A DNA stretch of 57,399 nucleotides, filler included, from Basidiobolus ranarum (lineage: Eukaryota), in assembly GCA_040143965.1 (NCBI GenBank). It is 4 parts of 4 records of this genome, joined end to end, with 100 filler letters (N's around TTAATTAATTAA, not from the genome) between each part and the next. Parts side by side here need not be neighbours in the genome. Positions count along the whole stretch, not along the records: positions 43,165 to 57,399 come from JASJQH010007309.1; 3 more parts are not named here. One strand, given 5' to 3'. Position numbers and translations under genes: made by a program. The notes beneath the pieces are model-generated. The model searched no databases, was not told the DNA's origin, and worked only from the letters and a program-made list of their open reading frames with translations. Positions 48,094 to 57,399 of this stretch are shown in pieces; position 1 is the first letter of the stretch, and the number at the start of each line of letters is the position of its first letter.

Positions 48094-50547
48094 ATGAGTA
48101 GCAAACACGCGCCAGGCACAGTTGTTTGGGCAAAGATTAAAGGCTATCCTTGGTGGCCTGCTAAAGTACGTGTTCATGATATTAATACGTAACACTTCGA
48201 CTTCTAGTTGAGAATATCTTCTAGTGACAAAAGTTGCTTAATAAACGCGATGCCTGAATCATATACTCATATTTTTCGCTATTACATTTAGATCAAGAAG
48301 GAAGAGGAAGTTCCCGCTGCTGTACTCAAGCAAAAACCTAGCCGACCCGTACCTATTATAGCAGTAAAATTTTTTGGCACCAAAGATTAGTAAGTACTTG
48401 TTCTGCGTTAATAGCTTGGTTTTTCTCCATTCCCTTAACGCGTTTCTATTAACTCTGAAATAGCGGCTGGATTAGCTCAGATAATCTGAAGCCTTTTGAA
48501 GAGCATCTCCAAGAATTCAATAAGGGTAGACGAGGTGTTCAATTTGACAGAGCAGTTAAGGAAGCTTCTGATCCTGACGCTCAAGCTTCCGGCTCAGAAG
48601 AAGAGATGAACGAAGTTGAGGAAGATGAGCTGGTCAGCGAGGAAGAAGAACCTCCAAAGAAGACACCAAAGCGAAGTGCACGTAAGAAAGCTGAAACCCG
48701 TAGGAAGAGTAGGAGCAAGGCTGATTCCGACGATGCTTCAGACAGTGAACCTGAGCCAGAGAAAGAAAAGAAAGTCCGAAAAACTCCCAGTAGAAGGGCC
48801 TCTTCAGGAAGACGCTCATCGAGGATTAAACAAGTAGAAGAGGATGAAGAGGAGGAGGAGGAGGAAGACCATCAAGAACGTCCTACTACTCGTAAGAGAA
48901 AATCCCCTCCTATCGAAGAGTCTACACCTAAAAGAAGAAGAACTTCACGTAAAAGTAAATCAACTGAAGAGCCTGTAGAAGAAAAGGAAGAAGAGCCGGA
49001 GCCTTCTACTCCACAGCGTGCTAAACAAAAGTCCAAGCCTCGTAAGTTAATTATTCAAACTTTCATTTTTATTTGCGCGATGTGTTAATCTTCGGAGATG
49101 TCTAGGGTCTCCTGGTGAAAAACTTATGTACCTTCGCCATAAATTGCAGAAGTTGACCATGAAAGACGTCATTGGGGTTAGTTTCCTGTCGATTTGTAAT
49201 CGTGTTGGTATATAATTATTGATCTCGCAAATTACATGTAGGATATGAGCACAATAGATTCTCTTATGAAGGAGGTTGAAGACTTTGACATGAACCTTTC
49301 CCTTTTGAGAGTGAGTATTAAAAACATATTTGGTGTATGAAATGACCTGACTCTGTAACTAATTCGAATACAATACAGGAAACAAAAATTGGCAAATTAA
49401 TGAAGCGAGTCTCTCAACTTGATATAGACGACGATCCCTGCGACATTAGAGATAGAGCCTATACACTTACAAAGAAATGGAGATCATTACTCATTGAAGA
49501 TGTTCTTTCAGATAAGCAGCAAGCAAATGAAGATGAAGGTGAAAAACCAGATGATGACGCTGACACTATTCCCATGGATGTAGATGTAGAAGAATCAAAG
49601 GCAGAGGCAGATAAACTGGAAGAAAATGACGATAGTGGTTCTGAAGCGGAGACAGAGATTGAAAATCAACTTAGCTCTGGTAGCCCGGATGACGACGACA
49701 ACAAAGATCAAATTTCTGATATTGAGAGAAAGACGTTCAAGATAAACCTAAAAACGCTGATACCGAGCTTCACGAAGTCGATATGGGAGATAAAAAGATT
49801 GCTTCCGAACAAGTTGAATCCACCACTAAGCCTGAGTCCGTTAGCCAAACCACCATTTCTGAAGCTGAGGAGCCTACATCTAAATCAGTCATTGAAGATA
49901 TCAAACCTAAATCTGAGGATGAACAAGAAGCCCTGGTTGAAAATGAAAATAACGATTCGTCTCTTGATAGTAAAAATGAAGAGCAAAGTAATACTGAAGT
50001 AGCCCAACCCAAACAAGATGAGAAAATCGAAGCAGCCACTCAAATGGAGATTGAACCCACGCACACCGATGTCATAGATGAACCAACGCCGTTAGAGAAA
50101 ACTAACTCTTCTGAGGCTGAGGAACAAAGTTTAGAGAGCAAGTCCGAGTACAATGAAGACCCCAAGTTAGATATTACCAATGGTGAAGTTAATCATATGG
50201 AACCTGCTGTCGAGGAAACAGCCTCGCAAGTTGATCAGCTTATATCCGAAACAAATGTGACCGAGGATATGCCTGTGGAAGAAGTATCAGATAAACCAGA
50301 AAGTATCTCACAAGTAGAGAATGAAGCTTCCTCATCAAAGCCTGATCAGAATATAACAAAATCGGAAGACATTGCTCCCGCAGTAGAAGAAACCAAGCCC
50401 GAACCCACTGAGGATGCAGTGAAGGAAACTCAGGTTGAATCCTCTGCATCACAGGTAGTAGAAGAAGTGAACACCAAGTCTGTGGAAACTGAGGATGAAA
50501 AGCCGGAGGAACCTGAGCTTAAAGGAACTGAAGAAAAGACAGATTAA
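48094..50547 (+). CDS. PWWP + TFIIS-N/LEDGF-like domain chromatin protein with long acidic tail (frame break at ~49725)
   Basis: VWAKIKGYPWWPAK, VKFFGTKD, LRHKLQK..ETKIGKLMKR..IRDRAYTLTKKW. Confidence 0.85.
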
Positions 50548-51319
50548 ACTAGATGTTTGATGGTTTTATTTCTCGTGTCGATGTTAAAATTTTCTGTTTC
50601 TTCCGCATCCTTCCCTTTTTCCCAGTTAATTTGATGTATATGAGCTGAAAAGTAGATTTCTACCTTTTACTACGTTGTTTTTAGTCTTTTCTTTATTTAC
50701 ATTTTTTTCTATGCATAGCTAAGTATTGTAGCGTGAAAATCTCTAATTACGAGGAACGACTCTTTTGACTTGGTCCATTCTCAGTCGCGTGATTTACATG
50801 CTACTTTTCTCTTTGCCTTTTAATTTCCGCTTTAGAAAACAAAAACAAATGCAAGGTGTTGAGCAAAATCTCTGATCTCAAGCTATTATTTTGTCATTTT
50901 AAAACAATCAACACATCAAAACCTATTATGTGTACGATAATAAATAACTTTAAAAGTAGTCGAATGAGGAATTTTGAACTCCAAGTCTTAGGATTCGTCA
51001 TGTATTTAACTGAGAATCTAATTTTTTACATAAATAAGAAGCATATTTATGTAATTAATATATTCTAAACACTCAGTTTATTGTGGATTTTTTTCATCCA
51101 GGTTACTATTGTTGTTGGAGGTTGTCTTTACTCTTTGGCGTGTTGGCGTCACGTTGAATATTTTTACACATATTATCAACCTATACTTTTAACTTTAACA
51201 TAGATTCCATTCGAAATTGTATTCGTATTGTACAAACTATCTTAGATAATATAACGAGAAAATCACTATCATAGTATATTTAACGAAGATTTGTGAACCG
51301 ATTCACGGCATCTTACAAA

Positions 51320-54300
51320 ATGCACAAGTTAGATGCACCTAAACGCGCGTTTTATTTATAAGTATTTTCGATGTATTTGTCGAATGACAAATTGAGAGAA
51401 ACTTTTTACTTATTTCATCCTTTTTATTTTGTTCGGACCAACACAAATCATCAAAAATTTGTACTTGACATCGACATCAAGGGAAGAACTTTAAAGGTAG
51501 ATGTAACTTTTATTATTTAACTATTTGTCTGAAGATGATTTTTTGCTTCAATCTCTATTATTTCTTTCTAATTTTGTTCTATATTTCCGTTATTGGTAGG
51601 GATTTACTGAGCTTCATATAATTCCAACTACAAATTCTTTGTCACATGTACGCATCAATGCACGGCATTGTGGTATCCTTAATATTATTCATAGCATCTC
51701 TTCTATTCTTTATTACGCGTAATATACGAATTCCTTAACGCATATTCCTAAGATATACATAATGTCACGGTTAATGGAGTAGTAACTTCTCACGAATATA
51801 TCGATATCATCAGAAATTCACTACTGCCCGAGAGTACTAAGGATAAAAATATATTTCAGTACCACGAACTAAAGCGAAGCTACCACACAGCTTTATATGA
51901 GGCCGAAGAAGGAGAGTTATTAATCCATATCCCCGAAGTAATAGATATTGTTCAGGTAAGCAATATTTAATATAACTTCTGGCAAACGTTCAGGCTTCAT
52001 TCTTACTATGTATTTATCCATTCAATCATAGTTCCAAGAAAACGAAGCACCATTACTTGATGACTCGAACGAAGGTATTTTCATATTTCATTTAATATTC
52101 CGAGTTGATAGCATAGATATATTGTACTCACTATTATTGCTGTAGCATACAACGCGATGTTTGAGGGCCGAGTTATGTTCACCCCACTTGTTATACGCAT
52201 AGACTTTGCGGTAGTAAACCCGAAAGCTGGTGTAAATTTCATACTACCCGATCCACAAGTTAACCCTTATGTAAGTTGAAACACCTTTTACATTGATGCT
52301 CTAGCTATCATAGCATCTAAACAAATATTTAACATAGCGATTTCCCCACGTTTATACGTGCAATGAAACATTCCCCGGTCAAGTACGTCTTTGGCTGCCA
52401 TGTATTGACCGAATGCACGAGCGGTGTACTTGGGAGATGGAGTATATTGTCGATCAAACTTTGGATTCTAATGGCGAGACTGCAACTGAGGAGGATGAGG
52501 CGTTGGAGATGGTGGTGGTTAGTAGCGGTGAATTGATCGAACAGGTAATGTTTCTATGTAGCTATTTATTGATATCGAGCTTTAATAATTCTTACGTTGT
52601 TGCTAGACCTCGCATCCGATTGAGCCAACCAAGAAAATTTTCCATTATATTCTTGCAATACCATCGCCAGCATTTTCCATATCTTTTGCTGCTGGCCCGT
52701 TCGAAGTTGTTAAATTGAGCTCTTCTGATGGTCAAGTGGAAAGGAGCTCAGAGGATACTACTGGTAAAAGTACAAGAGAAATATTTATGAATACTGATGA
52801 CAGTGAAGGAACTAGTGGCATGTTTGCATTCTGCCTTCCAGGCTGGATCGATGAAACCGCGAACTCTTGTGAGTTTCTAAACAAGGTAATACAACCTAGT
52901 CTTATGAAAGCATCAATGCCTTTTCTTATTCGAATTTATTTAGGCGCTGGAGTTCTATGCTCAAGAGCTTGGATCATATCCGTATTCTTCATTCAAGCTT
53001 GTATTTGTTGAAGATTCACCTGATATAATGATGTATAGTGCTACCATGACTATAGCAAGGTAATTCTGTCGTAATTAATTATTCTATTCCAAACAACCAT
53101 AAAATGTATTTAAATATATGTAACTTCAGTACGCATCTCTTACACGGAGATGATATTATCGATCAAGCATATGAAACCCGAAGACACCTGAGCTTAGCGT
53201 TAGCAAAGCAATGGTTCGGTATCCACGTGGTTCCAAAATACGGGCAAGTCGATTTCATTCATTACTGTCTTCCTCTCTTGTGAAAGCTAATGTAGCACTT
53301 TCTTTGAATATTAATAGAGCTGATTTGTGGTTGACTGTTGGATTGGCCAATTATGCTACAAGCTTGCTCATTAAGCATCTGCATGGTAATAACGAATATA
53401 GATTTCGAATGAAAAAGGTAGTCAATTGTTTTCATATGTTATTTGAAGTTGGTATTTACAATATATTCCTAACCTTCGATATTTCATGATAGGATATTGA
53501 TAAAGTCTGCGAGCTAGATGTTGATCGTCCTCCTCTTTATAATGTAAACCTTGCGTACCCAGTTGACCCGGACGACTACAATTTTATGCAATTGAAAGCT
53601 CCTTTGGTACTGTTTGTTTTGGGGAAAAGAATGATGAAGGGTGGTCCTTCGCTTGGAATACATCGAGCAATACCCAAAGTTCTTGTTGCTGCAATGAGTG
53701 GCGAGCTAGGAAGTGGTAATGCGCTTAGTACAAACTGGTTTCTTAAAGTGTGTCGAAAAGTCAGCGGAGTGGACAATAAGCCATTCGCAGAGCAATGGAT
53801 ATATCCTTTACGTGTGTTTTTCTTAAAGTTTTGGGATATATGCTTCATTCAACTGTACGTTGCGACTTGCCTTACCTTTAGAGATTTCCTTAACTTTTCA
53901 ATACTTTTGGCAGCGGATGTCCGATATTTCGCTTTACATATTCGTTTAATCGAAAGAAGATGGTAGTAGAGATTAACATGGAGCAAAGATCTACCAACTC
54001 GAATGGACTAGCTAATAAACACGGTGAACGTGCGATGTACCCAAGCACTAATATGTTCACGGTAAGTTTATTCCTGATATTAGTATCAACCAACAATACA
54101 TCATTTATCTAATTTCATACACATAGGGACACATGACTGCTCTTATTCGTGAGGCCGATGGAACTCCTTATGAGCATGTGTTAGATATACAAGACTTGAA
54201 TAAAAAGTATGAAGTCCAATTCAACACTAAATACAAGCGTATCAGAAGGTTGACGAAACGCTTCCAGCAACGTCAGGCGGCCGCGGCCGCAGCGGAGGCG

Positions 54301-57300
54301 AGTGTTGGGGCTGAGGAAATGCCAGAAGCAGTCATGGAGGATCTTGAGGATGTGTTTGGTTATGGTATGGATGAAAAAGAAAAGGAGGAATGGAGAGTTG
54401 TAGAATGGGGAGAGGTTGATGAAGAGAGTACCGCCAGGTAGGTTTTATTACTGTCAATAGATGTTCGAAAGCAAATACTAATAATGATAATCAATTTAGT
54501 GGTACGTTTGAATGGATTCGACTTGATTCGGACCTTGAGTGGATTTGTGTTATGCAATTTGAACAGCCTGACTACATGTGGGCTTGTCAATTGTTGAACG
54601 ATCGTGATGTTGTAGCTCAGATCGAGGCGATCGAAGCCCTCTCGAATTGCCCATCGCCTGCCACCTCTACTTCATTAATGAGAACCATGATGGACCCCAA
54701 GTGTTTCTACAGAATTCGAATGGAAGGTGCATTTGCCCTGGCGAAATGTGCCATCCCCCAGTTAGACTGGATTGGTCTGCATCATCTTTTCAAAATTTTC
54801 CAAAAGAGATACTGTTATGCTTCCACAACTTCTGATGGCGACGGAGATATTGCTATTGTTCCCAAGCCAAATAATTTTTCTGGCTTCACTGAGTACTTCG
54901 TTCAAAAAGCCATTGTTGCCGCTTTCTCGACAGTCAAAAACTCCAAAGGCCATACCCCCATCAAAATCAAACAATTTCTGTTAGAGCTCCTTCGGTACAA
55001 TGACAACACTGGGAATCACTTTTCTGATAATTATTATATTAGTGCGTTAATTAATGCTCTCGGAAATGCGCTTATCCCTAACGAGAGGTCAAACCAAAGC
55101 GAGCAGGAGGGTGAGAGGGAACTTTTTGCTGACGCAGTACAAGAGATAGAACGCTATCGAACATTGGATTATTTAGTTCCATCTTATCACAATACTGTCA
55201 CTATCAGTGTGTTGCAAGTAATGATGAAGCTTATGATGGCTAATCTCCTGGCCCCAAATCTGAAGTTATTTCTAGGATATACTAGATATGGCAACTTTAT
55301 GCGAGTACGTTTAGTTGCATTCGAAGCGTTGTTGCTTTTAGATGGCCTTCGTAATGACTCGATAGCACATTATATTTTTCAAGTTATCGCCCACGACCCT
55401 TGCCACTATGTCCGATATTATTTAGCCAAATGCTTATCTGAGATGTTAGGCGTTCATATAGCTCGTGCCAGTTCAACTGAGCATGATACTACTGAAGAGA
55501 TGGTTTTCGAAGAAGTGGGCCAGCCAAGAGCAATTCCAGAGAAAACGTCTGACGAGGAATTCATTCATACTCCGGGTTTAGAAGCAATTCATAAGGAATT
55601 TTCCGGTAGAGAGGATTTGCAAACACATACCTGGGAGATCTTAACATCTAACCCTGAGCAGGACTATCGCGTGTTTCGATATATGTTTCTTTTTTGTGAG
55701 CTGCTCTACAAACCTATCGATACAATACCCAAACTGAAGATCAAGATGCCCGTGGTGATTCCATCAGAGCCTCGAAATGATATACATTCAAGGATATCTG
55801 GTAAAGCTTCAGAGCCTACTAGAGCAAATAGTAAAGCGGATCCAATCGTGTCTATGCGAAAGGATAATACGAAAGCTAGTCATGATATCCCTATGTCAAG
55901 TGCAATGGAGGATGAAGATATCGAAATCGAAGCTGGAACAGTAGCTTCTTCTGTAAAATCAACCTCTACGCCTGCTATCAAAGAGGATAAGAAAACCAAA
56001 GTCACTAGTACTGCCAAACCACGCAAAGAGTCCAAACCTACAGACTCTCGTAAAGAGTCGCGAGACAAAGATTCTGCGAAACCATCTCAGAGTGAGCCAA
56101 CCGTGTCGGATGTTTTAGTCAAAATAGAGCCTGAGGATGTGAGCACACCTGTTCTTGCTACAATCACTACTCCCACTAATAAGACTAAACAGCCATCAAA
56201 ACAAACGCCTCAACCAATACAGCAACCTAATCTAGCTATATCAACACACGACGAACTAAGGCCGGAAGAGATAAAAGTCTGCAAGCGAATTCTTCGAAAG
56301 ATGATGACTCACAAGTCAGCCTTTTACTTCCTTCAACCAGTGGATCCAATTAGAGACGGGTGCCCTACATACTTTAATTTAATCAAGCATCCCATGGATT
56401 TGCGAACTGTTAAGCTGAAGCTTGATGAAGGCAATTATCATAGCCTAAAGCAGTTTGAGGATGATGTTAGATTGATGCTGAATAATTGTTTTATTTTTAA
56501 CCCGGTCGGATCCTATGTTTATAACGAAGGCCAAGAGTTGGAAAGCGTATTTGAGAAAGAATGGAGTGAACAGAATGCACAAAAACTGGTTGGCCGAGAG
56601 CCAGAGTTTAATATGACCATTGTGGAGTCTCCTGTCACGAAGTCTAAACCATTACCATCGGAAAAGTCGGATGTTGAATCGGAGCCACCGAGAAATGAAG
56701 TAGAGAAATCCTCTTCTAAAAGCCTCTCGCCTGAACTTCATAAATGTAGAACCATCCTGAAGAAGATAGCACAACATGAATCTGCCTTTGAGTTTTTAAG
56801 AGCTGTGGATCCTATTAAGCAAGGAATTCCTACGTATTTTGAAATGATCAAGAATCCCATGGACCTTGGAACAGTTAATAAGAAATTGAAATCCGGCCAG
56901 TACCAAACAAAAGATAATTTCCGTGCAGATGTTGAGCTTATGCTTAACAATTGTTTTACCTTTAACACTCCTGGTACCTTTGTGTATGACCAAGCAAAAA
57001 ATCTCAGTGAAGTATTTCAGCGAGAATGGGAAAATCAATTTGGAAATCCATCTACATCCAACTCGGTGGAGTCTACTCATGTCTCTATCAAAGCAGAACC
57101 TGCATCAGAGCCAGTGGTACCCCGCATGCCTGACTCATCTAGAAAGCCAAAGATGGATATACCACAAACTGCTACTGGTGTCAAAACCTCCAAACCCTCT
57201 ATCGAGAAAGACTTGAAGGAAAGTAAGTCTACAGGATTCACGAAGCCTGCACCATCGATTGCTAGTCCGAAACCACTGTCACCCGTAGTCCGAACACAAC

Positions 57301-57399
57301 CTCCTACCTTAAGTAGGGAAAATAGTGGTATACGAACACCAAAGGCTACTGCTTCAACGAAAGATTTACTAAAATCTTCGACACCTAATCCATCACAGA
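51320..57399 (+). CDS. TAF2: TFIID subunit 2 with C-terminal tandem bromodomains (runs off window)
   Basis: HQKFVLDID..GFTELHI, RLWLPCIDRMHERCTWEME, LKAPLVLF, READGTPYEHV, FEWIRLDSDLEW, LRYNDNTGN. Bromodomains at ~56280-56565 and ~56744-57030. Confidence 0.95.
51358..51444 (+). other. AT-AC intron with U2-type 5' site (ATAAGT...CAC) in TAF2
   Basis: Removal joins MHKLDAPKRAFYL|NHQKFVLD in frame, matching the expected TAF2 N-terminus spacing. Confidence 0.7.
51673..51752 (+). other. U12-type GT-AG intron in TAF2
   Basis: GTATCCTT 5' site and TTCCTTAAC branch shortly before AG. In frame: RHC|DIHNV. Confidence 0.9.
53244..53317 (+). other. GC-AG intron in TAF2
   Basis: GCAAGT..AATAG; joins VVPKYG|ADLWL in frame. 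Confidence 0.75.
53801..53904 (+). other. U12-type AT-AC intron in TAF2
   Basis: ATATCCTTT 5' site, TTTCCTTAAC branch (53885-53894), 3' AATAC. In frame: EQWI|FGSGCP. Confidence 0.92.

Noticed and set aside
48420-48463. TCCCTTAAC in a PWWP intron as a U12 branch site
   Set aside because: The 5' site is GTAAGT (U2) and the motif is too far from the acceptor.
1-57399. tRNA, rRNA, CRISPR arrays or intact transposase/RT genes
   Set aside because: None recognised by eye on either strand. A covariance-model search was not possible.

Overview
Intron-rich eukaryotic DNA (AT-rich, mostly 50-110 nt introns) from an early-diverging fungus; gene content and style resemble Zoopagomycota/Mucoromycota such as Basidiobolus (inference, not a database result). 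The window consists of four contigs joined by 100-nt N spacers carrying TTAATTAATTAA, so adjacency across the spacers is not guaranteed. It holds about 22 intact or partial protein genes: importin-13-like, two CYSTM, TBC RabGAP, TPR, GPI12, GPI-anchored proteins, ADH, CASTOR-like, a MATA/SOX-type HMG factor, RPL1, RPC11, presenilin, RBR E3, eIF4E3-like, CRD1, AVT-type transporter, RPL38, a PKA-family kinase, glutaredoxin, a PWWP protein and TAF2 with bromodomains. Several pseudogenes are also present. The most striking structure is the intronless HMG-box gene, which sits alone in a ~2.4 kb spacer between inverted repeats. The repeats are identical for 111 bp at their outer ends, decay inward, and run into a contig break, making this a candidate invertible or palindromic sex/mating-type-like cassette. 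Other highlights are an in-frame MYND zinc finger-presenilin fusion, a CASTOR arginine-sensor homologue, three U12-type (minor spliceosome) introns, and a U2-type AT-AC intron in TAF2.
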